The notes beneath the pieces were generated by a model. The model was not told the DNA's origin, made no database searches, and saw nothing but the letters and a program-made list of their open reading frames with translations. A stretch of DNA of 64,000 nucleotides from Micropruina sp. (lineage in GTDB: Bacteria; Actinomycetota; Actinomycetes; Propionibacteriales; Propionibacteriaceae). Position numbers and translations under genes: made by a program. Shown here piece by piece: positions 47,185 to 57,700 of this stretch. Each line of letters begins with the position of its first letter. Positions within the stretch are counted from its first letter, which is position 1. Location: NCBI RefSeq assembly GCF_047602385.1, contig NZ_JASGHL010000001.1:692360-756359 (forward strand), written 5' to 3'.

Positions 47185-48164
47185 GCTGTCGTCCTCTCCT
47201 CGGCGTCCCACCAGCGCAGCACGCGGGTGGCGTACAGGGTCAGCCACGGTGACGGCTCCCCCACCGGGACATCCACTGCGAACCACTCCTGCCCGCGGTG
47301 GTGGACGTCCTGGCGCCAGCTGCCGTCCGGTTGCCGCTTGGAACGTACCAGTCCGACCGCCTCGGCCAGCCGCGGATCAGGACCGGTGCCGTCCAGGGCG
47401 GCGGCGCGCCGGAAGTGGTCCAGGGCGCTCAGCGCGGTGTACTTCCACCGGAACGGGTAGCCGAATGAGCCCACCCAGTCGCCGATCGGCTCGCCGGTGG
47501 AGAGGCGGTACAGCAACCGGCGGCTGAGCAGGTACTCCTCGGCCGGACGCCGCAGCGCCGCGAGCCCCTCGTCGTCGCCGAAGTGTGCCTGCCGGTAACG
47601 CAGCGCCTCCAGAACATGCAGCGTCGAGTGCACCGACGAACGGACCGAGCCGTTCTCCCACTCGCAGTTCCAGCCGCCGTCGCTCAGCTGATGCTCGGCG
47701 AACCAGGCGAGCAGGCCGGTCACGTCGGCACCCAGCCAGGTGCCGGTGGCCAGCGTGTAGCCGTTGATGCAGCAGTCCACCTCGCCGCCCCAGTACGGCA
47801 GGTCGTCGTACTCCCAACGCGAGTTCCGGGCCAGCTTCTCCGCGGTCCCGGCCAGCACGGACGCGTCCACACCCCACTCGCGGAGCATCTTCAGCGTCCA
47901 GGTGGTCGCCGTCCAGGGCTGACCCTGCTGGCCCTCGCGCCACGCCGTGGGGTGACCGGACGCCGGAAAGTATGCCCCGCCCGCCCACTGTCCGTCGGCG
48001 TCCTGGAGTGCGAGCAGGCGCGCTCCCAAGCCCTGGGTGGTGACTCGGGCCCGGGTCGCTTTCCACACTGTTTCGTCGGCGCCGGCGAGGTCGCGTTCCA
48101 CCTGCCAGCGCAGGGCCGGATCAGTGGCCAGGAGCCAGTCGATCGGGTTGATCGGATCGGACAT
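47181..48164 (-). CDS. Squalene-cyclase/prenyltransferase-fold protein of unknown function
   Basis: QW-like repeats QDADGQW, QLSDGGWNC, RQPDGSW; EVDCCING; no DxDD motif seen. Confidence 0.8.
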   Translation of the reverse strand: MSDPINPIDWLLATDPALRWQVERDLAGADETVWKATRARVTTQGLGARLLALQDADGQWAGGAYFPASGHPTAWREGQQGQPWTATTWTLKMLREWGVDASVLAGTAEKLARNSRWEYDDLPYWGGEVDCCINGYTLATGTWLGADVTGLLAWFAEHQLSDGGWNCEWENGSVRSSVHSTLHVLEALRYRQAHFGDDEGLAALRRPAEEYLLSRRLLYRLSTGEPIGDWVGSFGYPFRWKYTALSALDHFRRAAALDGTGPDPRLAEAVGLVRSKRQPDGSWRQDVHHRGQEWFAVDVPVGEPSPWLTLYATRVLRWWDAEERTTA

Positions 48165-48198
48165 GGCGGCACTCTAGTGCCCGGTCGCTCGGCGAGCC

Positions 48199-48723
48199 TC
48201 AGAGCAGATCGACGAGCTTGGTCACCGTGTTGACGTTCCGGGCGGTCACGATCCGCGGCTTGACCAGGCTGGGCAGCCTCGCCGCCAGCTTGGACGTGCC
48301 GATGCCGTCCACGCAGTCCAGCCAGACCTCGGTCCCGGCGATCTGGATGCGCTCATGAACCGCCACCTTCTCGAGCCGCTCAGCGAGCCCGGCCGGTGCG
48401 GCGGCGTCCAGGAAGCAGATCAGGACCTGCGAGCCCTTGCCGTCGGCGAACGGGTTGTCGTCGAGCAGTGTCTGCAGCTGGGACTTGGACCGCAGCAGCA
48501 CCTCGACGGCGAAGCCGGCGTGCTCCTTGATCGCCTTCTCCAGCTGTTCCCGGACCGCCGCCTGAGCGCCGGATGCGCTGAACACCACGTTGCCGGACGC
48601 CAGCAGTGTCTTCACTTCGGTGAACCCGGCCTCGTCCGCGACCCGGCGCAGATCGGCCATCGCCAGCTTGCGGCCCCCGACGTTGACCGCCCGCAGCAGT
48701 CCCGCCCAACGCTTCGTCGCCAT
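48199..48723 (-). CDS. DUF1697 domain protein
   Basis: LLRAVNVGG, MADLR, TLLASGNVVF, NPF, TARNVNTV. Confidence 0.9.
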   Translation of the reverse strand: MATKRWAGLLRAVNVGGRKLAMADLRRVADEAGFTEVKTLLASGNVVFSASGAQAAVREQLEKAIKEHAGFAVEVLLRSKSQLQTLLDDNPFADGKGSQVLICFLDAAAPAGLAERLEKVAVHERIQIAGTEVWLDCVDGIGTSKLAARLPSLVKPRIVTARNVNTVTKLVDLL

Positions 48724-48860
48724 CGCCCCATCATGGGCGAGAACGGCGCGTCGCGCACGGGGCCCACTCTCACAGGCGCCCATCCCTCAACGGAACACTT
48801 GCCGCATACCTGCCCTCATGCCAGCATTCTTGCCGTAGAAATCGGCGAAAGGAACGAAAT

Positions 48861-49790
48861 ATGCGCAGAGTCAGCCTGATCGGCGTACCCACGGACATCG
48901 GCGCGTCCACCATCGGCGGCCGGATGGGTCCGCAGGGACTCAGGGTGGCGGGTATCGCGCAGGCATTGGAGGCGTTCGGCTGCGACGTCCGTGATGTCGG
49001 CGATCTGACTGGCCCGGACAATCCGCAGCAGGCGCCGGTCGACGGCTACCGCCATCTGCCCGAGGTGGTCGAGTGGAACCGGGCGCTGTACGACGCGATG
49101 ACCACCGAACTCGCCGACGGCCGGACGCCGATCGTGCTGGGCGGCGACCACTGTCTGGGCATCGGCTCGATCGCCGCCGTCGCCGATCACTGCCGGCGGG
49201 TGGGCAGGAAGCTCCGGGTGATCTGGGTGGACGCCCACGCCGACTTCAACACCGCCGAACTGACCCCTTCGGGCAACATCCACGGGATGCCCGTCGCCTG
49301 CCTGACCGGGCACGGCCCCGACCAGTTGACCCGGATCGGCGAGCACTTCCCGGCGATGGCGCCGGACGAGATCCGGCAGATCGGCCTGCGCAGCGTCGAC
49401 CCGGGCGAGAAGCGGTTCCTCCGCGAGCAGGGCATCGAGGTGTTCGACATGCGCTACCTGGACGAGATCGGCATGCGGGCGACCATGCAGCGCGCACTGG
49501 ACGGGGTGGACGACAATACTCACGTGCATCTGTCCCTCGACCTGGACTTCGTCGATCCGGCGATCGCCCCCGGGGTCGGTACGCCGGTGGTCGGCGGCCC
49601 CACCTACCGCGAGGTGTCGCTGTGCATGGAGATGCTGGCCGACACCGGCCAGCTGGCCTCCATCGACCTGGTCGAGGTGAACCCGGCGCTCGACGTCCGC
49701 AACGCGACCGCCGAGCTGGCCGTCGACCTGGTCGAATCCCTGTTCGGCAAGAGCACCCTGCTGAGGCTGCATGCGAGCGCCATCGACTGA
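48861..49790 (+). CDS. rocF: Arginase
   Basis: GGDHCLGIGS, WVDAHADFN, SGNIHGMP, SLDLDFVDP, PGVGT, DLVEVNP. Confidence 0.95.
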   Translation: MRRVSLIGVPTDIGASTIGGRMGPQGLRVAGIAQALEAFGCDVRDVGDLTGPDNPQQAPVDGYRHLPEVVEWNRALYDAMTTELADGRTPIVLGGDHCLGIGSIAAVADHCRRVGRKLRVIWVDAHADFNTAELTPSGNIHGMPVACLTGHGPDQLTRIGEHFPAMAPDEIRQIGLRSVDPGEKRFLREQGIEVFDMRYLDEIGMRATMQRALDGVDDNTHVHLSLDLDFVDPAIAPGVGTPVVGGPTYREVSLCMEMLADTGQLASIDLVEVNPALDVRNATAELAVDLVESLFGKSTLLRLHASAID

Positions 49791-50661
49791 GGCCGAGCTC
49801 GCCGAATCCGCGTGGCGCCCGCTCGCTGAGCGCCACGCGGCCAGGGTGCGCGCCTGGACCGATCCGCACCTCGAGCGTCGATCGCGCAACCAGCGACACC
49901 CGGTCGAGGACTTCCTCTGGGAGTACTACTCGTACTCCCCCAAAGCATTGCGGAGCTGGCATCCGGGCTGGGGGGTCGTGCTGCGCGGCGACGTGGCCGG
50001 GTTCACCGCCGTCCGTGGTTTCTGGGTGGACGGCGACCGTGCCTTCGTCGATCCCGCGCTGGCCGGACGCCGCGCCGAGCAGCTGCGCTGGATCCGCGGC
50101 CTGCTGGCCGCCACCGAGAGCCGTCCGGCGCGACTGGGCTGTTTCGGGCTGCACGAGTGGGCGATGGTCTACTGCAGCCGTCCGGACCAGCTGCGGCACA
50201 CCCAGCTGCCGCTGCGGCTCGGCCCGGACGGCACCGACGCCGTCGTCGAGAGCCACCGGATCACCTGCACCCACTACGACGCCTACCGCTTCTTCACCCC
50301 CGCGGCGGTGGAACTGAACACCCGCCGGCCCACCCTGGCCGACCGGGTCGACAACGAGCAACCCGGCTGCCTGCACGCCCAGATGGACGTCTACAAGTGG
50401 GCGCACAAGCTGGCGCCGTTCACCTCGGCCGACCTGATCGCCGACTGCTTCGCGCTCGCGCGGGAGATCCGCGTGCTCGACATGCGCGCCTCGCCCTACG
50501 ACCTGACCGGCTGGGGATACCCGCCGGTCGCCATCGAAACCGCCGCCGGCAAGTCCGAATACATCCAGGCGCAGCGGGATTTCGGCGACCGGGCCAATGC
50601 GCTGCGCCGGCGGTTGATCACGGTCTGCGACGCGGTGCTCGAACCGGCCACGTCCAGTTGA
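49771..50661 (+). CDS. Conserved actinobacterial protein (family often labelled 3-methyladenine DNA glycosylase)
   Basis: HPVEDFLWEYY, CFGLHEWAMVY, CTHYDAYRFFT, EQPGCLHAQMD, DMRASPYDL. Confidence 0.8.
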   Translation: MRAPSTEAELAESAWRPLAERHAARVRAWTDPHLERRSRNQRHPVEDFLWEYYSYSPKALRSWHPGWGVVLRGDVAGFTAVRGFWVDGDRAFVDPALAGRRAEQLRWIRGLLAATESRPARLGCFGLHEWAMVYCSRPDQLRHTQLPLRLGPDGTDAVVESHRITCTHYDAYRFFTPAAVELNTRRPTLADRVDNEQPGCLHAQMDVYKWAHKLAPFTSADLIADCFALAREIRVLDMRASPYDLTGWGYPPVAIETAAGKSEYIQAQRDFGDRANALRRRLITVCDAVLEPATSS

Positions 50662-50682
50662 CCGGCGAGATCATTCGACCGG

Positions 50683-52059
50683 ATGATTAACCCCGTGGGA
50701 ACGGCGCTGGATGATTCGAAGTTGCATTGCACGGTCGCCGAACTGTTCACTCCGCGGGCCAAGCGCCAACGCTGGCTGGACGTCGAGGCAGCGCTCGCCC
50801 GGGCGGAAGCAGACGCCGGGCTGGTCCCTGGGGCGGCCGCGGAGGCCATCATGTCCGTCGCCCGCCTGGACCTACTCGACTACGACGCCCTGCTCGCCGC
50901 CGAAGCGGCGGCTGGACATGTGATGGTGCCGCTGGTCAACGCGCTCGCCGAAGCCGTCGGGGCCGAGCACGGTGGCTGGGTGCACTGGGGTGCCACCACG
51001 CAGAACATTCAACAGTCCGGCGACACGGTCGGCGTCGCCCGCGCGCACCGCATCCTGGTGAATCGGCTGCGCCGGGTGCTCGTTGCCCTCGCTGACCTCG
51101 CCGATACCCACGCGGAGACCCTGATGGCCGGCCGGACCCACGGTCAGCACGCCGTCCCGATCACCTTCGGCTACAAGGCTGCGGTCTGGGCCGACCTGAT
51201 CGGACGGCACCTGGCGCGACTGCAACAGGCCGAGCCGCGGCTGTTCGTGGCGATGCTGGGCGGCGCGGCCGGTACCTTCGCCACCTTCGGTACGGCCGGC
51301 CCGGACGTCCAGCAGCGGTTCGCCGAGCAGTTGGGTCTGGCGCCGATGCCCATTCCGTCGCGGGCGATGGTCGACCATCTCGCGGAGTGGGTGTGCCTGC
51401 TGGGCATGGTGGCTGCCACCGCGCAATCCATCGCCGAGGAGGTGATCCGGCTGATGGCGTCCGAGTTCGGCGAGGTCTCCGAGTCGCTGGCGGCCACCGA
51501 TGTGGGCAGTTCGACGATGCCGCAGAAGCGCAACGCGAAGCTGTCGATGGGCATCGTCACCGCGGCGGCGCAGGCTCGGGCGTTGGTGCCGCTGGCACTG
51601 GAGGCGACCGTGCAGGCCCACGAGGTCGACGGCGCCCGGTCGGCCATGATGGACCGTGCGATCGAAGGCTCCGCCACCCTGCTGGACGACATCCTGGACC
51701 GGCTGGAGCGACTGCTCGCCGGACTCGAGATCCACCCCGAGCGGATGCGGGCGAATCTCGACCTGACCGGTGGCCTGATCAGCGCTGAGGCGGTGATGAT
51801 GCGGCTGGCCGAGGTGCTCGGACGGCAACGAGCGCACGCCGTCGTCCACCACGCCGCCCGGGAGTCGGCGCTCAACGGCGACGACTTCGCCGCCGTCCTG
51901 GCCCGGGAACCTGCGGTGGCGGCGACGCTCAGCGATGCCGAGATTCAGGCGCTGCTCGACCCGGCCCGGCATGTCGGGCTGAGCGCCGAGTTGGCCCGGC
52001 AGACCGCCGCCCGGGTCCCCGAGGCTAGCGGCGGGCGTCCATCACCTGCGGCAGGTTGA
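50683..52059 (+). CDS. Adenylosuccinate lyase/fumarase-superfamily lyase (PurB/PcaB-like)
   Basis: WLDVEAALA, HWGATTQN, GRTHGQHA, GSSTMPQKRN; start uncertain (50683 or 50695). Confidence 0.85.
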   Translation: MINPVGTALDDSKLHCTVAELFTPRAKRQRWLDVEAALARAEADAGLVPGAAAEAIMSVARLDLLDYDALLAAEAAAGHVMVPLVNALAEAVGAEHGGWVHWGATTQNIQQSGDTVGVARAHRILVNRLRRVLVALADLADTHAETLMAGRTHGQHAVPITFGYKAAVWADLIGRHLARLQQAEPRLFVAMLGGAAGTFATFGTAGPDVQQRFAEQLGLAPMPIPSRAMVDHLAEWVCLLGMVAATAQSIAEEVIRLMASEFGEVSESLAATDVGSSTMPQKRNAKLSMGIVTAAAQARALVPLALEATVQAHEVDGARSAMMDRAIEGSATLLDDILDRLERLLAGLEIHPERMRANLDLTGGLISAEAVMMRLAEVLGRQRAHAVVHHAARESALNGDDFAAVLAREPAVAATLSDAEIQALLDPARHVGLSAELARQTAARVPEASGGRPSPAAG

Positions 52060-52408
52060 GGCTCAGCAGGACCCGGTCGGCAGTGATCAGCGAGGCGCGT
52101 TCGACCGACGCCTGGGCAAGCAGCAACCGGTCGAACGGATCATGCCGAAGCAGCTCGGGAAACCCGGCGACCGCGGCCGCGTGGTCGGCGTCCAAAGCGA
52201 TCAGGGTCAGTCCGGATCGCTCCAGTTGTCGGGCGACGTCGTCGGGCACATCCAGGCGGCCCAGCATCTTCTTGATCGTGATCTCGGCGATCGAGACCGC
52301 CGAGAACCCAACCGTATCGGCGTCCGAGATCGCCTGTCTGGCGCGGTCGCCGATCCGCTCCGGCGCGAACAGCAGCCACAGTGCCACCTGGGTGTCGAGC
52401 AGGATCAC
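52025..52408 (-). CDS. vapC: PIN-domain toxin VapC
   Basis: ILLDTQVALW, SAVSIAEITIK, HDPFDRLLLAQA, LITAD; GTGA overlap with the antitoxin. Confidence 0.92.
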   Translation of the reverse strand: MILLDTQVALWLLFAPERIGDRARQAISDADTVGFSAVSIAEITIKKMLGRLDVPDDVARQLERSGLTLIALDADHAAAVAGFPELLRHDPFDRLLLAQASVERASLITADRVLLSLNLPQVMDARR

Positions 52409-52650
52409 CCGTCGACCTCCAGGTCTCCACTCCATAGCGCCCGTACCTCGGCATCTGACGCCTCGAAGGCCGCGTCATCGATGACCACCTGTCCGCTGCC
52501 GCCGCCGAACACGATGTCGGAACGCCGGATCGCCACCAACTCCACCAGCGGCCGTCCCGCCCTGGCGATGGTGATGCGTTCACCCGCCTGGGCACGTTCG
52601 ACCAGACGCGAGAGGTGCGTCTTCGCTTCCTGGATGTTGACGGTCGCCAT
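52405..52650 (-). CDS. Phd/YefM family antitoxin
   Basis: VNIQEAKTHLSRLV, GERITIARAGRP. Confidence 0.93.
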   Translation of the reverse strand: MATVNIQEAKTHLSRLVERAQAGERITIARAGRPLVELVAIRRSDIVFGGGSGQVVIDDAAFEASDAEVRALWSGDLEVDG

Positions 52651-52671
52651 CGCGCCAGCGTACCTGGCTCA

Positions 52672-52688
52672 ACCAGACCAGACCAGAC
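52672..52688. repeat. ACCAG x3 direct repeat upstream of the TA promoter
   Basis: ACCAGACCAGACCAGAC, beside CTGG-N5-CCAG (52664-52676) and upstream of -10 TACGCT (52657-52662, minus). Confidence 0.6.
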
Positions 52689-53264
52689 TCAGTCGTCCAC
52701 GAGTTCGGACGCGGCCACCTCGGCGGGGGTCGGGCCCTTGATGTAGCTGGCCGCGCTGACCGTGCCGCCACGGGAGATGTTGGTGTCCGCGGCCGGAGCG
52801 ATGTCGGTGTTCTGACAGCTGACCCCCAGCCACGTCCCGTCGGCCAGCTTGACCAGGGTGGCACTCAGCACCCCGCGTCGCGGATCCACCGGCTCGCCGT
52901 CGGGGTCCACCTGCCCGGAGACCTGCCAGCGGGCAATCACCACGGCCGCGTCGTCACCGAGCAGGCGCTGGCTCACGTCCAGCAGTTCGAGCTTCGCGCT
53001 GGGGAAGGCGTGGGTGAAGCCGAAGCGCTGCGCCTTGACGATCGAGCGTCGTCCGGTCCAATGCAGGCCGACCACGTTGACGAAGTCGGCGTCGTCGACG
53101 AAGAGCCGTCCGATCGCCTCGGCGTCCTTGTCGTCCCAGGCTCGGACGAACTCCGTGATCAGGTCCGTCGGCACCCTCAGCGGCGGGTCCATCGGCGTCC
53201 CGGCCGGGAACGGCAGATAGCTCAGCTCGCGGGCCCGCTTGAGCAGCTTCTTCAGTTTCGCCAT
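52689..53264 (-). CDS. SgcJ/EcaC family (NTF2/SnoaL-like, DUF4440) protein
   Basis: FVRAWDDKDA, LFVDDADFVNVVG, WTGRRSI, VSCQNTD. Confidence 0.85.
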   Translation of the reverse strand: MAKLKKLLKRARELSYLPFPAGTPMDPPLRVPTDLITEFVRAWDDKDAEAIGRLFVDDADFVNVVGLHWTGRRSIVKAQRFGFTHAFPSAKLELLDVSQRLLGDDAAVVIARWQVSGQVDPDGEPVDPRRGVLSATLVKLADGTWLGVSCQNTDIAPAADTNISRGGTVSAASYIKGPTPAEVAASELVDD

Positions 53265-53271
53265 GACTTCC

Positions 53272-54744
53272 TCACACCATCATCGGACGCTCGGTGGGCA
53301 GGATCGGCTTGGGCAGCCGGGACGTGCCCTGCAGATAGGCGTCCACGCCGTTGGCGCAGGAGCGCCCCTCGGCGATCGCCCAGACGATCAGTGACTGGCC
53401 GCGGCCGGCGTCACCAGCCACGAACACCCCGGGCACCGAGGTGGCGTAGGTGGCGTCCCGGGCGATGTTTCCGCGCGGGTCCAGGTCGACGCCCAGCTGC
53501 TCCACCAGCCCGGGCTTCTCGGGTCCCACGAAGCCCATCGCCAGCAGCACCAGCTCGGCCGGCAGCTCCCGTTCGGTGCCGGGCACCGGCTCGAACCGGC
53601 CGTTGCTGAACGCCACCTCGGACAGCCGCAGCTTCGCCACCCGGCCGTCGGCGTCGCCGACGAACTCGCTGGTCGAGACCGCATACACCCGCTCGCCGGC
53701 CTCCTCGTGGGCCGAGGAGATCCGGAAGGTCATCGGATAGGTCGGCCAGGGCTGATTCGCCGGCCGCTGCTCGGGCGGCATCGGCAGAATCTCCAGCTGG
53801 GTGACCGAGGCCGCCCCCTGCCGGATCGAGGTGCCTAGGCAGTCGGCGCCGGTGTCGCCGCCACCGATGATCACCACGTGCTTGCCGGTCGCCGTGATCT
53901 GGTCGGGCACCCCCTGGCCGAGCGCGGCGCGGTTGGCCTGCGGCAGGAACTCCATCGCCTGGTGAATGCCGCTGAGCTCGCGGCCGGGCACCGGCAGGTC
54001 GCGCGCCACCGTCGACCCGATGGCCAGCACCACGGCGTCGAACCGGTCCAGCAACTGCTCACCGGACAGATCGCCGTCGGAGCCGATCCGGCGTCCGGTC
54101 TTGAACACGGTGCCCTCCAGCCGCATCTGGCGCAGCCGGCGCTCCAGCACGGCCTTCTCCATCTTGAACTCGGGGATGCCGTAGCGCAGCAGGCCGCCGA
54201 TGGCGTCGGCCCGCTCGTACACCACCACGGTGTGCCCGGCCCGGGTGAGCTGCTGCGCGGCGGCCAGGCCGGCCGGCCCGGACCCGATCACCGCCACCGT
54301 CTTGCCGGTGTGCCACTCCGGGGTGACCGCGGTCACCCGCCGGTCGCTCCAGGCCCGGTCGATGATCGCCACCTCGACGTTCTTGATCGTCACCGGCTCG
54401 CGGTTGATGCCGACCACGCAGGCCGTCTCGCAGGGTGCCGGGCACAGCCGTCCGGTGAACTCGGGGAAGTTGTTGGTGGCGTGCAGCCGGTCGGTCGCTC
54501 CGCGCCAGTCGTCGCGCCAGACCAGGTCGTTCCACTCCGGGATCAGGTTGCCCAGCGGGCAGCCCTGATGGCAGAACGGGATGCCGCAGTCCATGCAGCG
54601 GCCGGCCTGCTTGGTGATGATCGGCAGCACCGCCTTGCCCGGCGAGTCCGGATAGACCTCGTTCCAGTCCAGCACCCGCTCGGCCACCGGACGCCGCCCG
54701 GCGACCTCCCGCGGGGTGGTCATGAAACCCTTGGGGTCAGCCAT
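53272..54744 (-). CDS. gltD: Glutamate synthase small subunit
   Basis: [50 protein letters not shown]. Confidence 0.97.
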   Translation of the reverse strand: MADPKGFMTTPREVAGRRPVAERVLDWNEVYPDSPGKAVLPIITKQAGRCMDCGIPFCHQGCPLGNLIPEWNDLVWRDDWRGATDRLHATNNFPEFTGRLCPAPCETACVVGINREPVTIKNVEVAIIDRAWSDRRVTAVTPEWHTGKTVAVIGSGPAGLAAAQQLTRAGHTVVVYERADAIGGLLRYGIPEFKMEKAVLERRLRQMRLEGTVFKTGRRIGSDGDLSGEQLLDRFDAVVLAIGSTVARDLPVPGRELSGIHQAMEFLPQANRAALGQGVPDQITATGKHVVIIGGGDTGADCLGTSIRQGAASVTQLEILPMPPEQRPANQPWPTYPMTFRISSAHEEAGERVYAVSTSEFVGDADGRVAKLRLSEVAFSNGRFEPVPGTERELPAELVLLAMGFVGPEKPGLVEQLGVDLDPRGNIARDATYATSVPGVFVAGDAGRGQSLIVWAIAEGRSCANGVDAYLQGTSRLPKPILPTERPMMV

Positions 54745-57700
54745 GCGCGGCCTCCATCATCATCGCGGTGGTCGCCACCTCGTCCAGTCCGGCCTGTTCG
54801 GCTTGCGCCCGCGCCGCCAGGACGCGGGCGTAGTCGCGCGGCAGCACGGTGGTGAAGCGGGCGCCGAGGTCTTCGACGGCGAGCAGCCGCTCGGCCACCG
54901 CGGACCCGGTCTCCTCCAGGTGCTTGCCGAGCAACTGCCGGATCCGGGCCAGGTCGGCCTCGGTGGGCTCCAGCGGATCGGCCATCTCGGTGTTCAGCCG
55001 TCCGGCGTCCAGATCGAGCACGTAGGCCACGCCGCCGGACATGCCGGCCGCGAAGTTCCGGCCGGTGCCGCCCAGGATCACCGCTTCGCCCCCGGTCATG
55101 TACTCGCAGCCATGATCGCCGACGCCCTCCACGACGGCGGTCGCCCCCGAGTTGCGGACGCAGAACCGCTCGCCGACCTTGCCCCGGATGAACAGCTCAC
55201 CCGAGGTGGCGCCGTAGCCGATCACGTTGCCGGCGATGATGTGCTCCTCGGCGACGAAGGCGGCGTCCTCGGCCGGACGCACCGTCAGCCGTCCGCCGGA
55301 AAGCCCCTTGCCGAAGTAGTCGTTGGTATCGCCGACCAGCCGCAGTGTGACGCCGGCCGGCAGGAAGGCACCGAAGCTCTGGCCGGCGGTGCCGCGCAGG
55401 GTGAGGTCGATGGTGTTCTCGGGCAGACCCTTGCCCCGGGTCGCCTTGGTCACCTCGTGGCCCAGGATGGTGCCGACCGTGCGGTCCACGTTGCGCACCG
55501 TGAGATCGGCCCGGACCAGTTCGCCGCGGACCAGCGCCGGCTCGGCCAGCGCGATCAGCTGCGTGTCGAGTTTGGCTTCCAGGCCATGGTCCTGGCCGGT
55601 GATCCGGTGCAGCGGACCGTCGGTGTCCACCCAGTGCAGGATCGGCTCAAGATCGAGGCCCTTCGCCTTCCAGTGCTCGATCGCCCGGCGGGCCTGCAGC
55701 ACCTCGACGTGGCCGATCGCCTCCTGAATCGAGCGGAAACCCAGCGAGGCGAGGATCTCGCGGACCTCCTCGGCGATGAACTCGAAGAAGTTGACCACGA
55801 ACTCGGGCTTGCCGCTGAACTTCGCCCGCAACTCCGGGTTCTGGGTGGCGACCCCGACCGGGCAGGTGTCCAAGTGGCAGACCCGCATCATGATGCAGCC
55901 CGAGACCACCAGCGGCGCGGTGGCGAAGCCGAACTCCTCCGCGCCCAGCAGGGCGCCGATCACCACGTCGCGGCCGGTCTTCAGCTGGCCGTCCACCTGC
56001 ACCACGATCCGGTCCCGCAGGCCGTTGATCAGCAGGGTCTGCTGGGTCTCGGCCAGGCCCAGCTCCCACGGTCCGCCGGCGTGCTTGAGCGAGGTCAGCG
56101 GCGCCGCGCCGGTACCGCCGTCGTGGCCGGAGATCAGCACCACGTCGGCCTTGGCCTTGGAGACGCCGGCCGCGACGGTGCCGACCCCGACCTCGGCGAC
56201 CAGCTTGACGTGTACCCGGGCGACCGGGTTGGCGCACTTCAGGTCGTGGATCAGCTGCTTCAGGTCCTCGATCGAATAGATGTCGTGGTGCGGCGGCGGG
56301 CTGATCAGGCCCACGCCCGGCGTCGAATGCCGGGTACTGGCCACCCACGGGTAGACCTTCTGGCCGGGCAGTTGGCCACCCTCGCCGGGCTTGGCGCCCT
56401 GGGCCATCTTGATCTGGATGTCGGTGGCGTTGGTCAGGTAGTCCGACGTCACCCCGAACCGTCCGGACGCCACCTGCTTGATCGCGGAGCGCCGCTGCGG
56501 ATCGTAGAGCCGGTCGACGTCCTCGCCGCCCTCGCCGGTGTTCGACTTGGCGCCGATCCGGTTCATCGCCACCGCCAGCGTCTCGTGCGCCTCGCGGGAG
56601 ATCGAGCCGTAGGACATCGCGCCGGTGGAGAACCGCTTGACGATCTCGCTGACCGGCTCAACCTGATCGATCGGCACCGGCCTGCGATCGGACGCGAACT
56701 CGAGCAGCCCGCGCAGTGTCATCAGCCGCTCGGCCTGGTCGTTCACCCGCTCGGTGTAGGCCTTGAAGATGTCGTAACGCTTCGACCGGGTGGCGTGCTG
56801 CAGCCGGAACACCGTCTCGGGGTCGAACAGGTGCGGCTCGCCCTCGCGGCGCCACTGGTACTCGCCGCCGACGTTCAGGGTGCGGTGCGGCAGGGTGATC
56901 CGGTCCGGCGGGTAGGCCTGGGCGTGCCGGGCGGCGATGCCGCGGGCGATCTCGTCCAGGCCGATCCCCTCGACCCGGCTCGGGGTGCCGGTGAAATAGG
57001 CGTCCACGAAGTCGGAGCTCAGCCCCAGCGCCTCGAAGATCTGCGCGCCGGTGTAGGACGCGATGGTCGAGACGCCCATCTTGGACATCACCTTCAGCAC
57101 GCCCTTGCCGAGCGCCTTGCGGACGTTCGCGACCGCCTTCTCGGGCTCGACTTTGACCAGCCACTCGCGGCGGGCCAGGTCCTCGGCCGACTCGAACGCC
57201 AGGTACGGGTTCACCGCGGCGGCGCCGTAGCCGATCAGCAGGGCCAGGTGGTGCACCTCGCGGACGTCGCCGGCCTCGACGATCAGGCCGACCTGGCTGC
57301 GCTTCTTCTCGCGCACCAGGTGGTGGTGCACGGCCGCGGTGAGCAGCAGGGACGGGATAGGCGCCAGGTCGGCGTTGGAGTGCCGGTCGGACAGCACGAT
57401 CGTCCGGCAGCCGCGCTCGATGGACGCGGTGACCTCGCGGCAGAGCTCGTCCAGTTGCAGCTTCAGCCCCAGCGCACCTTCCTCGACCGGGTACAGGCCG
57501 CGGACGACGTGAGTGTCGTAGGCGGGCATCAGCCCGTCGCGGTTGATCCGGACCAGCTTGGCCAGCTGGTCGGAGTCGAGCACCGGATAGCCGATCACGA
57601 TGTGCTTGCAGGAGTCCGGTCCGGGCTGCAGCAGGTTGCCCTCGGGGCCGAAGGTCGAACTCAGCGAGGTGACCAGCTCTTCGCGGATCGCGTCCAGCGG

